Source: Utricularia gibba
Taxonomy: Eukaryota; Plantae; Magnoliophyta
DNA: 64,000 nucleotides
Direction: 5' to 3'
NCBI GenBank assembly: GCA_002189035.1
Contig: CM007990.1
Span: 3,348,001-3,412,000 of the forward strand
Part shown: piece by piece, positions 50,074 through 63,300 of the stretch
How the letters are laid out: each line of letters starts with the position of its first letter
Numbering within the stretch: the stretch's first letter is position 1
The notes under the pieces: model-generated
The model's database searches: none
What the model saw: the letters and a program-made list of their open reading frames with translations, nothing else
Told to the model about the DNA's origin: nothing
Made by a program: the position numbers and the translations under genes

Positions 50074-51041
50074 GGAGTAAATGAGTGAAATACTCTACAT
50101 TTTTAAAAACATTTTCATATTACCCTACTTTTTAAATTTATTATTATTTTACCTGAGTTTTTAAATATAATTAGTAATATAGCTTATCTTTTGTCATTAC
50201 TTTTATATTACCTTAATTAAAAGATTAAATGGGTAAATACCTCAACTTTTTTCATTTACTTTTTTATTTATATTAACTTTATAAAAATTTTGTAATATTA
50301 ACAAAAATAGAGTTATTTTTTCATTTTATCTTATCTTTATGATTTTTTATATTTTTTAGTTTTAATAAATTTATTGGATACATTTTTTTGATATATTAAT
50401 ATTATTAAAAATACACTTTATTTTCATAATTTAAGATTTCAATTGAAGGTTTAAATTCAGTATTTATACTTTAGTAATAGTATAATATTAGTTTTTCGAA
50501 ATTCATGATTATATTTTATAATTTTCATGAAACAAATTTTTGTAGTATATTGGAAAGGAATTGTTTAAACCCACGTCAAAGCCGCCTAGCTTGATGGCGG
50601 TTTCCACCGATTAGACGGTGAATTCATAAATAGCAAAGATAAGAAATCGAATTCCCCCTTAGATGACTTATAGAGCAGTGGATTATGGTTCATATATTAA
50701 TATTATTAAAAATATAGTTTATTTTCAGACTTTATAGTTTCAATTGAAGATTTAAATTAAGTATTTATATTTTAGTTATAATATAATATTAAGGTTTTCG
50801 AAATTTTAGAGATTAAAATAAAGGTAAATAAGTTTTATTATTATGATTTAGTTAGTTTAAGTTTATAATATCAGGTAAAGAACAAATGCATTAAAAAGAG
50901 GTAAAACACAAATAAAAAGAATAACTAAGGTAAAATGACAATAAAAAATGTTAAAAAAGGTAAAAAAACAAATGCATTAAAATGTAAAAGGTAAAAATGA
51001 ACAATAAATATGTTATGACAAGGGTATTTAACAAAATCACC
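50074..51041. mobile_element. Non-autonomous Mutator-like element (MULE), 968 bp
   Basis: Perfect 10-bp TSD GGGCCTTTAG (50064-50073 and 51042-51051). Ends GGAGTAAATGAGTGAAATACTCT and (reverse complement) GGTGATTTTGTTAAATACCCT. AT-rich arms with recurring TTTACC motifs. Confidence 0.8.
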
Positions 51042-52168
51042 GGGCCTTTAGGTGATAGATTGATTGAAGGGATGTTTAGGGCACTACTCTATTCCCTACC
51101 AAGTGATGGTAGATATAATAGATCATTGTCTGCACTTAACGTGAAGTAACCTCTCCAGGCCTCTCATATTAAGTAGCAACAAGTCTTTCATTCATATGGG
51201 ATAGAGGAATAACTAACTAAGCCCCCATTTAATTCTAAACCATTAGGTGATAACTCTTATGTTATGTGAGTTTCCTATGGTCTCATCAGATGACCACCCA
51301 TTGATTCAATGACATCAGTCTTCTAGTCTTCTACACTAAGCAACAATGAGGCTTAACCTTGTGTTGGGCAAGTCATAGCTTCCTTGGACATTTGACGCTC
51401 AATTTATCTGCTGTATCTTGCCTATTGGGTTTTGAGCACATAAATAATAGGGTGTCATTTCCTTAAGTTTAGAGGGGCATTTTCTCCTCCCAATAGAGGG
51501 GACCAATTTTATCAAAATTAAAAACAATTTGAGGCTATTTACACTAAAAAACGAAACATTGGGATCTATAATGCCAATTTCATAAAGAGATAAATTTTGC
51601 TAAAAATTGAAATAATAAAAATTAAATGTGCTAATATTTAAATAGTAGAAATCAAAAATACTTGTGTTTTAGAAAATTTTTGAATGTTATTTTTGCTTTT
51701 AAAAAAGCAAAAATTAGAAGTATAATTTTTTTAAAAAAAGTAGAAATATAGATGCTATATTCTGGAAAATTTTTAAAAGTAGAAGCTCTTGAATGTTATT
51801 TTTGGGAATCTCATGAAAAAAATAAAAATGAAAAATAAAAGTAATTGTTTTATTATTTTTACTTCTGCATCATTTTTAAATATCTAAAAATTATTTAATA
51901 TACCACAATATATTTTCTATTGATGAAAACTTTCAGCAATTATTTTTAAATAGCACCTAAAAAATTTTTAAACACCCAAACTTTCAAGTAAAAGTAAAAA
52001 TTTTCAATAACACTGTAGAGTATAAAATTTTATAAACAAATTATACTCAATATAAAATTTCAAGTGGAGATTACACATACAACCAAATAGTCGAAATTAA
52101 TTAATTTTGATGCTAAGTTGCACAATGGGGATTTTCGATGCAATTATTCCAAAATCAAGTGCCCCTAA

Positions 52169-54185
52169 TTAAGTTGTGGAGGAGGATCCTGAAAGGAAGT
52201 TGCTGATGATACGAGACACACGCCTGGCAATAGCCAGGGATCCACCCTCCGTGCAGGAGAATGCGTGAGGATTCCCGTCTTCATCGATCTCCAAGGCTAC
52301 ACCAGCCACTGCGTTTGCAATCTGAAATCCGCGAGCCCAGTGATGGATTCAAGTTCAAATTTGTCTGAAAACCGAAGGAAGACAAATATACCTCGTCATG
52401 TAAATGTATGGGACCCCAGTGATCGTCTAGGCCAAAAAGGAAGACTACTTGGCTTTTCTTTTCCCTGATGAAATCCAACTCTGGTTTCTTCGGCAGCTAG
52501 TCGGAGGACAAATTTGGTTGTTGGAATCAAATCACAACTCTTTGAAACCTATGCTCGGATTAATGGAAATCTTGACTTACATGCTCATACTCTGTCTTCG
52601 CCATAAACAGTACATTCCGAATGGCATGATACTAAGGACAAAAACAGGAAAAACTGCAACACTGAGCATCTTGTTATCAAAAACAGTCTTTTTCCTCTTC
52701 AATTTCTTTCAAGATAACCGATTATGAAAGTAAAGAAAACATGCAGCAATTATGAAAACAGAAATTGGATGAAACCTATCACACGTTAATGAACTCATGC
52801 ATACCTTCAGAACGTGAGTACATAGAGTTTTCACAGCTGAAGGCGACCATAGTTTTGCAACTGAGTTCTTCATGAGAAAACTTGGAATGGGAGAAGGGAG
52901 CGTTCCTATCATGGCTCCTATGCAGCTCAATCCCACGCTGAGAGCTGGTGAACTTGCACAAAGATTTGATATTTTTTTCAAGTTGAAGTTGTAAGCAAAA
53001 GCGAATCCTAAACTTGAATAGGCTCTAAAGAGAATATAATACAAGATCTCGACTTACCTCACAAGTCTGCCAATGGAAGCCTGAGTTGATGAAGCTGCAT
53101 TTAGTGCCAAAAAAGGATGAATACAGATGCAGTAACTGACCTGTATTACGGGAAAACCAGGTCACAGCGCTGAAAGTTTACACAACTCCTTCATGATCAA
53201 ACTGTAGTGTACCTTGTCTGGATACCGCTTAAACACCTCTAAACACATGAATGCACCAATAGAGTGACCCACCTTCGTAGTAAAGTCAAGAAATCAGTCG
53301 GATGAGGTGGATTTTTTGATAAAACTGGAAAACCGCAAAAAATCCAGTTCCAATTTCACTATACAAGAGAGAATGAATACATTATATACCAGTAATAAAG
53401 GTATTCGTATGTCTTTAAATTCCTGCTCTATAAAGCTGGCCTATAAAAACAAGGAATACAAATAAAAATGGGGAATGAAATTTCTATCCCTATATCTTTT
53501 GAATGAAAAAGATAAAAATGTATAATAATACTTTGTGATCGATTTGTTCTTGTAATGAGAAGAGCTTCCCATTCTCCCAATCCTAGCAACAAAAACAGCA
53601 GGCTGCATTTGTGCTTGAGAAGCAAAAGTACAAATGACTAGAATAAGAGCAAAGAGAAGACCATATCTTTTGACGACTTGTACCTTTTCAGAGTGGGATA
53701 TGTGGCCAATGGCTTCAAAATATGATTAAAGGAATCCATCACTCACTAGGTTGATAAATTTAAAAATACTCATTAACCAGAACTAGCCTGTGATTGATGC
53801 AGTTCCTCCAAGTAAGTCATGCAAGAACTCCAAAAAATCAGTGTAGAAATTGATGACACCTGCGAATCCAATGGCATATGTATTATTATTTTGACACCTT
53901 TAAGAAGATTTCATGTTGACAGAAACCCCATAAAATCAAGCATATCATTTACCCGGATTGCCAGGCGTGAACAAGATATGTAACAATGCAGAATCCCGAG
54001 CACGAATCTCCAATAAGTCTACCTTATATCTGATTCAAACAAACACATAATGAACACAAAAAAAGACACCACCTGTAAGTTCGCGGGAAAAAAGGACGTG
54101 ACTCTAGTAGCTACCCAGAAATGTTTGCAACACGATGATTCGCCTTCTGCTTTACTCCAGTCAAGCTTAAGCTCGCTCCACCCAT
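52169..54185 (-). CDS. LDAH-like: Lipid droplet-associated hydrolase-like alpha/beta hydrolase (DUF2305 type), 316 aa (364 aa from upstream ATG 54329)
   Basis: 12 exons: 54185-54115, 54029-53953, 53859-53788, 53712-53684, 53582-53532, 53440-53390, 53272-53213, 53140-53058, 52952-52805, 52631-52581, 52496-52392, 52321-52169. Motifs: PGNPG, FSLQEQIDHK, GHSIG nucleophile elbow, DDHWGP, HAF. One GC-AG intron. Confidence 0.93.
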
Positions 54186-55799
54186 CTTATACCTTGAATT
54201 ATCACTAGCACGGCACTCAAAATGAAGGTAGAAAAATCGTACGAATCTCCTACTAGGCCTCGGACTCCACCAAGTGTGAAGGCGAAGAGTACCTGGAACA
54301 ATGACTGAACGAAAACCAGCAACCAGCATCGGGATTGTGCTTTTTTAATCGGAATTGGAAAAAGGCTAGTAATCGAATACCAAAATTGATTCGTAGAAGG
54401 TGACTCTTGCATAAACCTGGTGGTTCTTTTCTGTAAAAATGCGGCAGGCCAAACCAATCTTGGAAGGTGGCTCGTTGGGTTCACGAACACGAAGAGTACC
54501 ACCACGTCTAACAACAATCCTTATTACAAATCAATTCCCAATTTATTGGATGGGTATGTAGGTTTAGATATTTTGTTTAATATAATTGGGTTTAGGACTT
54601 TTAGGTGTGAAATAATGACGTCAACCATGTATTCTCAATTCCTTGTTGTATTTATGTAAGTATGAAACCATTTTATAGTTATGGATGTTGCCTTTGATTT
54701 TTCACTCTCAATAGCATTACTTATGAATATACAATTTTTGCATATATGTTATAGCTCAATAGTCAAATATAATAATACAAAATAGCATAAGAATGTAAAT
54801 GAGAAAGATGATTTTAAAACAATAAAACCCTATTCAAATTTTGAAATAAATAGTGTAACATAATTGGAAGATGAAAAATATATTTAAAGGAGATTAATGA
54901 GCAAACTTTTCTAAAACTAAAATGAAGATCAGATATATGAATACACTTGCAAAATACTTTGAATTTCCACCATTGAAAAAAAAAATAAGATTATTCTAGG
55001 ATGGTTTTAATGATGCCATTGACATGGTAGATGTCTACATCAAGTATTCAATGAATTTGAACAGATATTGTTCCTAGAGGCTCTTTTACAAAACTAGCCA
55101 GTGTCTACGTTGCTCATTAGAAAAGTGGCCATCCTGTAGTTTTTGTTTAAAATATGGCCATCATGCTTTGATTTAAAGTAATCAAAATAATAATAAAAAT
55201 ATATAATCATAAATTGTATTTTATGAAATAAATAAACGGTTTTAATTTTTAAAAATAGTAAATAATTTAAATTCAAAACATAATTCAAATAATTTCATAT
55301 TAATCATTATCTTTCAAAAAGTTTTTCAAATGGAATGTGTGAGTATAAAAATTGAAAAATCATTACCCTTCATATTTTAATGCATTTTTAAAAGTTGATT
55401 TTTTTTTTGAAAAGTTTATATTACTTTGTGTAAATTTATAATAAGAAATTTAAAAAATAAAAATTTATTTAAAAAATATGATTTATTTTAGTTTAAATTT
55501 AGTAATATATTAAACAAATTTAAAATATTAGAAAATTTAAAATATGATTTTCTAATTTTTACAAATATAATATAAAGAATTTTAGATATTAAAATATTTT
55601 TATTAATGATTAAAAAATAAAAAATATATACATGTATTGATATATATTATAATATTTTTTAAATGAGGATGACTAATATCATTAAAAAAAAACGCATACA
55701 ATAGTCATTTTTCTATCATAAATGTGAGAAGATGTCTAATCTAATTATTTATGTTATTGAAAAGGAAGATGTATTTCCACACCTTGAAGAGATTAAAAT

Positions 55800-57100
55800 C
55801 ATTACATCTGATTATCCATAATCTTCCCTCATTATTTCGGTATGAGAGCATAATTAGGTTGATGAAGTGAAAGTAAGGAGATGCTTGCTAGAGGAAGTTA
55901 CAACCTCTCCAACAAACCCATGACTTGTAGACTATTAGTCTGATAAGGTGTTCATCTTTGTATTCACACCTCATCTAGTCAAAGAGTCACATTGAGTTGC
56001 CTCTCCAACTACTATCATTTTTACCTTCAACTATTACCCAAGCAATAGGATAAATGTTGTTAACAACATCTAAATTGACTACTGCAAGCACTTGCCCTCT
56101 AAATGGGCCCTTCAAAAATCACCCATCAACTCCCATAAGTGGTCTATAACCTCGTAAGAATCCATCCCCACAAAGCTTCAAATGAAAAATAGACCATTTG
56201 AAATGTCCTCTCCCCATTAGACCTTGATTCACACTTAAGCGCAACTCTATTATATGTGTTACACCTTTTAATTTCATTAATTTAATTCTCAATCATCCTA
56301 AATTGTTCAACATTGTGACCATGAATTATCTCAAATGCTAACTTCTTGGCCCTCCATGCTTGATAATCTAAAATTTGTATATTCATGCTACTAGCAATTT
56401 TATCTCGCCAACTTTTGCTATTTAACTTGGGATTATTATGCAATTCTTTCACAAAATGTCTTGCAAGCCAAGTTGATTTCGAAGCCACATTCACAGTTAC
56501 CCATCCACAATTATCAGCATGATTCGGTCCTATAGTTTTCAATTTCCATATACCAGGTGCATCTTTTGGCTTGCTAACTCGAGTTCTCCAAGGACAACTT
56601 AGATTGTTGCACATAAACAGTAATCTCCAAGTGTCTTACTTTGTAAAAACAATATCCTTACCAATATTAAAACAATGATTCTTTATGACCTCCCTAGCAT
56701 GACTCTTGCTCCTAAACTCCATCCCAACAAACAAGTCAGACTGACTTCTGCTGCATTTTCTCCCAAAGTCATCAATAACTTTTGATTTGCTTCCTCTAAC
56801 ATTGTTATTATTCTTTGAACTAGTTATCTGTGTAATGTGTTTTTCTGTGAAACACTCATTATTGATGTCCTTTTGTAAGTCAACATGTTTATTTGTAGTA
56901 TTCTCATTTGGTACGCCATACTTTGGTTCTCCAACATGAACAAATGCACCTGAAATAAGCAGAGTAGTAGATGTGGGGCAACATATGTATCTGTGATTTA
57001 TTTTTTTTGCTCCACCACAGTATCATAATCATAATCAAATAAACTCCTCTCTTGGGAGTCATCACTGCTAGAAGAAGAAGTCTTAGGATTGCTCATTGTT
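55800..57100 (-). pseudogene. MuDR/Mutator transposase pseudogene
   Basis: LFVGMEFRSK..; CPWRTRVS..WKLKTIGPNHAD.C; QAWRAKKLA; RPLMGVDG*FLKGPFRGQVLAVVNLD..NNIYPIAWVIVE. A MULE-like end (reverse complement GGGAAAATTTGAAAA) lies near 57659. Confidence 0.88.
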
Positions 57101-57949
57101 ACTAAATTGCATTCATCCAACAATACACTAGTAGTTTGCAATGCAATGCGTGCAACATGAACATAAAAGCCTTAATCAATGGTTTTCAAAAAGTTTCTGA
57201 AAAAATGTGTAGACTTCTCCGAAAATGACAGCATTGTCATCAAAACCCACAAAATTTCTTGTTTTTCAGTTCTATCTTATTGGAAGAAAATGGAACCCAT
57301 AAATGAATTCATATGAGAAGAAATGGAACCCAAAAAAATGTCAAAAATGGAAGCTCTAGACCTAAAGAATCTAAAGTGAAGAACGGAAAAAAAACTTAGA
57401 AATTGCAAGGAATCAGAATGATTGATCGTTTAAGAATGAGAGAGGAACCTTGATTGGAAGGAGGAGGAACTTCAATTGAAAACAAAATGAGACAGAGAAA
57501 TGAAAATGTTAACGAACTAGGGATTTTAGTATAGGGAAACATTTGTTGCCAGCATTTGCAACGAAACAATGACTTTAGTGACAAGTTCACTAATTTCAAT
57601 AGTATAGGGAAACATTGATTAATATTATTTATTGGGTGACACATTTTCAAATTTTCCCTATGTTTTATTCAAACACACTAGATAAGTCCTAAGTTTATTC
57701 CAAAGGTTTAGTCCTCTAGTTTGAGACTTTCAACAACTTCAAGAAAAAACTAATTCCTCTTAAGAGGTTAGTTTATAATCACGTTGAGGCTACTTCCAGA
57801 GTTGAATTGTCCTTCCATCATCTACTAGAGTTCTATCTCTAGCAATTGCCAAGATGTAGTTCAAGGATGTACTAACACAGTTGGAGTGGGGTTAAAGTAC
57901 CCCTCCTTAAGTAATGCAATTGCACATTTGATTAGGACTTCTCATGTTG

Positions 57950-60340
57950 GTGTGATGGATAATTTCTAATCTGAGGATAGTCAAGACTTTGGATGCATAA
58001 GTGTCATTATCCTTTCATTTTCGATCATATCAATAGCATAATCCTATAACATGTGTTTGACTAGAACCTAATCTTAGAAACATATATATATATCTTTAAT
58101 GTGGTACTTCCAAGACTTGATAGAAATGAAGCCAATACATGAGCAATCAAGTAAAAAGCCTTTTCAAATGCTATTGTTGAAGATGGAAGAGTGAATATAC
58201 TTTTTGGGACATGAGCCAAAGTACAATAAATGGAAATCTAATTATTCTATCAATCTAGTATATTAAAGTTATCACCCTTATGTTAAACTTGATGCATTGC
58301 TTGTACAATGCAATATCATTTTTTCTTGTAACTATAATTAGTGTAGCTGAAACCATCCAGTAAAAGTCATCCATACTAGTTGAATTACTAGGTCTATCCA
58401 CATAAGTATCTTTTGTATATTGAATTTCATATCACATTTTCATAGGATTTGTACAAGAAATTCAAACAATTTGTACCAAAATCAAACATTGAGTAATGAT
58501 TAAGTAATTCATAATAAAATGTGAAATAGAACTTGGATAATCATAATATAATTTTAAATCAATTTGCAAACTCAAAGACTTCTTTGGATCCAAGACTGAG
58601 GCAACAAAGTATAAGTTTGGAATATTTTGATAATATTTGATAAACTTATCAACTATTACATCAATACTTTGAGAAAGAAATCCATTATCAATTAAATTTT
58701 AAAAGTAGTAGATAATTGAACCAATGCAAATAAAACAAAATGAGTAGTTGGAGAACATAAGTACTAAATAACAGATGTATTGATAAACGAAAATTTTAGC
58801 AATGTCGTTGCAATAAATAAATTTTCCTATCAAATAAATTTGTAAGTCCTAATCCTCAAAAATAAAATATAACATAAAATTTATAGTGGAATTCGGGGTC
58901 GATCACAAGGAGCTGGTGCTTGTAATGTATTCTAAACAGATACAGAATTCGAAATAACAGTAGTTCTTAGTCTAAACTCAAACTAACAATAGTAAACAAG
59001 ATCAGGTTTCAACACTAAAGTTAATAAGTACTAGTTCTAACTCAGAGTAATACTAAGATGCCTTAAGGGTCTGCAGGTTGTGTGGCGCTAAAATGCCTAA
59101 TTTAATTTATCATGTTCCTATACTCACAACTTCTAATAATCTAAGTCTACCCAGGTCATTCATCATATTTTCGGCTAAACTAGTCCCCAATATCATCATC
59201 AACATTGCAATTAGGTCTACCTGCATGCAAAGTGTTTAGAACTAGGTTCACTTGGTTTTATTGGTTCTACCTCGAACTAATATCTACTGCTCCCGTCTTG
59301 ATTTGTTGGTCTACCTCTAATTTAAGTATCTTAGTTGTGGAGTTACTTGTTCTCCTCTTTAGGTCTACCTATGAAATGATAAAAACAAGAATTAAGAAAC
59401 AAACATAAATTTCATTATTAACCCTAAATCCACACCACCATGATTTACCTTAAGGTATCCCTAAAGTTTTAGTTACTCATATATAAAAGATAAAGCATGA
59501 TATCATTAAAATAAACTGAAGAGAATAGCAAAGACATTGCAAAACAACAATCAAAGTAACGAAATATCCAACAAACTAAAGATAAAGTTGAGTGTCTTGT
59601 TCGCGATTTACTACTATTCACTGCCTAGAATAGTAGCACTGAATTGAATCTTTGATACTATTCTTCAAGTCTTTGGTGTTCCTTCTAGAGAAATTGACTT
59701 CATCTTCCTTCTTTCGTGTTCTCCCTCCTCCCTCCTAGGGTCTGGTGGTGTTCTCTTCCTTCTCCCCTTCCCAAAAATATCTTCACATCTTTTTTTCTAT
59801 TCTCCAAAGTCAATCCATTGTTACTGACATCTGTACTGTTCCTGGCCTGAACCTGCAGACTGTAGGTGGCTGAATATTAATCATGTCTTCTTCTTGTGTC
59901 TTGTGTCCCTTCGAATTGTGCTCATAAACTAGTTAAATGTGATCCACAATGGTGTTGTTAACACTTGAAAGAATATTAGAAATCATAATACAAACTAAAT
60001 CAATCATTTTGTCTATATTATGCAAAAAAATACAAATAACACTATAATTAATAAAATATTAAAAATCATAATTAAAAATCTAATTTTATCATTAAATATA
60101 TCAATTTTATAACTTAAAAACATTGATGAAATGTGTATTATCATGTATTTTCAGACATATCTAATAAATAACAAAGTGTCTCAATTTTTTTTAAAAATAG
60201 CATAATCCATTTCAATAGATAAATCCACATGCATATTTAATAAATGTTTTATATGATAACACAAATCAAAGCATCTTCAAGTAGAATTCCATCTTTCGAA
60301 ACAATCAAAGTAGAATTCCATATTACGAAAAAATCAAGCT
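57950..60340 (-). pseudogene. hAT transposase relic interrupted by a solo LTR
   Basis: PTTHFVLFAL..DKFIKYYQNIPNLYFVASVLDP (58760-58580) and FNILD**..YCTLAHVPKSIFTLPSSTIAFEKAF (58280-58160). Right boundary approximate. Confidence 0.65.
58781..60143 (-). mobile_element. Complete solo LTR with perfect 5-bp TSD
   Basis: TGTAT|TGATAAACG...GTATTATCA|TGTAT. Confidence 0.93.
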
Positions 60341-60366
60341 TGAAAACTTTATTTTTAATATTTCAA

Positions 60367-63300
60367 GGGGCTGTTTGGTAGGGGTGTTTAGCCTGATTTT
60401 ACCGGATTTGGTTTAATATTGTTCTTGTTTAATAGAGGGAGTGAATTTAAATCCCGGTTTAGGTTACACACTACTTTTCTACACGCTTTGGGTTTATAAT
60501 ATTGTTCTTGTTTGGTAGGGGTGTTGAACCTATCTCCCCCCCTGTGTGTTTATAATAAACTAAGTGTTTTCTATTTTTTAGTGATTTTTTTACTTTTTGA
60601 TTTCTTGTAATTTTTCTAATTTAATCCTTCCACATCCTTTTTTTCCAATTCAGTCATATCTTCTCTGCACATCCTTTCTTTTGGCTCATTCTTGCATCTC
60701 CCTTGATTGGATTTTTTAGAATCCTTTTCCAATCAGTATCGAAAATTCAATACTACAAGATTTGAGTATTTCCTTTATGTAAATTTCATAGTGTTTCATT
60801 TGAAGTTTTCCTCAATTCCTTGATTTTCTTTCCTTGGGTCTCCTTCAAAGGTTCATTGGAATATTTCTGAATCACATGTGTTATCTCCTAGAGTGTCACT
60901 ACAAAATTCAAATAAGATTATTTTGTTAAATTTGTTTTTGGTACTTTTTTATTTTTTTTGTTTGATATAAATGGGTTTCTTCACATTTAGTCCATTTTGC
61001 TCCTTGTATGGTTATATAATTTTACAATTTTTCTTCCATGATTTTTTCATCATGAATTTCTTTTAGGATCTCTGGGCTCTTAGTTGGTAACTGATTTTAA
61101 TGATACTTCAGTAATTTTTTTCTGTAAATACTGCAAATGGATGATGATTTTGTGAATAAAATTTTTGCATTGATTGGGGGTTAAAATGGTGGTGTAATCT
61201 CTTGTTCATGCGATATACGACTCTAAGATATCTTAACAATGTAGAGAACAATAGTGGAACAATGCTAATTCGAACAAAATATGATTACTTTGAAAATACA
61301 CCTAGACAGATAGATAGACTAAATAAGTTTGTACCGCTTTCGAGAGTTTGAGAATGAACCAAGACACATTCAAGGGGTTATGTTTTCTGCTTGAGTAACA
61401 TAAATTACAGAACTCAAGATATGTACAAGTAAAAAAAGATTGCAATATTTTGGAAATTTCGGCTCATCATAAAAAAATGTGTTTTCAAAAGAGGATTACG
61501 AAAGGTTGACGTACACTATTTCAAAGTGCTTCAATGAGGCTCTATTGATTGTAATTAGGATTCAAGATACGTTTCTCATTAAACCAATGTTGATATATGA
61601 GGGAAATGCTACAGCAAAATTCAAATACTTTGAGGTATTTTGTTTAGGTGCATTGGATGGCATTTATATCGATGTATGTGGGAAAGAATCTCTAAAAGCA
61701 TGGGGTCTTGTAAGGGAAAAATTTCTACAAATGTTTTGGATGTTTGTGACCAAAACATGAACTTTATTTACATGCTTGCTGGCTAGAGGGTTTGGCCACT
61801 AATGGCCATGTATAACAAAATGCATTATCAAGACCAATGGTCTCTGTGTTCGCATTGGTTAGTAACTCCCAGTTTGGATATTCTTTTGTATTTAGATATG
61901 CCATTCTTTTTTTGTAATAATTGGTGTTTTATTATATTAGGTATGTGTGTTAACAATTTTTTTTTATGTAACATTAGGTGAATACTATTTGTATGACAAT
62001 GGTTATACACATTATGCTAGATTTTTATCCGACATAGAGGAGTTTAATACCACTTGAAGAAATGAGGTCTCGGTACACAAACTCTGCAAAATCCTAGAGA
62101 ATTATATAATATGCGATATTCATATGAAAGAAATATTATTAGAAGGACATTGGACAATCTTACAAAGTCCTTCCTTCTATTGCTTAAAGACTTAAGCATT
62201 AATTATCATTTTTTGTGCATTACTCCAAAATTTTATTCGGTTACATATATGTGTTGATCCTTTAGAGGAAGAGATAGGATTGGATCATGAAGATAGTGAT
62301 GACAATAATGCTTTGGATGATGAATTTATAGATGGTGTAAAGACAAGCCAAGAAGTGACAAATTGGTGAGATAATCTTACTTAAGAAATGTGGGTAAAGG
62401 TATACTTGGATATGACCTATGTTGTTGTACTTTTATTGGTGTTTGATATTTTGAGGTCAAGAGGATGATCCATCTCATTCTTAATGATAAAGGTCTTTAA
62501 TGAATATGATGTTATCATGATAGTTTCTTTTTAGTATACATGTTGTATTTATTTTATATACATAATTGTTACTGCTTTGCTCTTGGCCTTGTTTTTTGAG
62601 TTTAGTCATGACTATATGTTCAACTTGTTGTAGATGTTCGTCCTTTTTTTGTTACTTTGAACCTCTTTTAGTAACATATCTTTGTTATCCAAAGTAGAGA
62701 ATTTCGTATCACTTGATAGTAAAGCTATGCCTCATTTTTGTAGTGCAGATTGCTAAAGTGTAGATCTAAGATCATGTCTGTATCTATTCTGCACCTTTTT
62801 GTGTTGCTTATTTGAATCTCTTCAGATTTTCAAAATTTTGAGTTTCATCCAAAATTAATTTCATTATTATGACAGTATATCCCAATTTCCAAGAGCCAAA
62901 ATTAACAAAAGAGTAAACTGAAAATGTACTCCAATTAACTAGTTTCTGTGTAAACATGGGAACATGAATATAATGCAAATTTGAACTTCTCATGGGATGA
63001 TTAGTCATAATTATTTCTCCAGCTCTAATCAAATCTGCATCACTCAAGTCTGGAAGTGGCAAGGAAAATATAAGATCAGCAACATGATCATTTCTCTTCA
63101 TCTTCAATGTACCATGACCAAGTTTATTGGCAAGACGATCAATAGCAGCATCATTCGTGTTGTCAGTTAACTTTTCCATGTAAGTTGCCATATCAATGTC
63201 ATTTAAAGCCACATTTTTTCACTTAATTGGTAGCTTGATCTTTGACACAAAGATGCTTGAAGAGACACCATCATTAAATTCTTCAAATGATGTCTTTAAA

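Noticed and set aside
54167-54517. 116-aa overlapping ORF upstream of the hydrolase
   Set aside because: TTG start, no domain, overlaps the leader and first exon in another frame.
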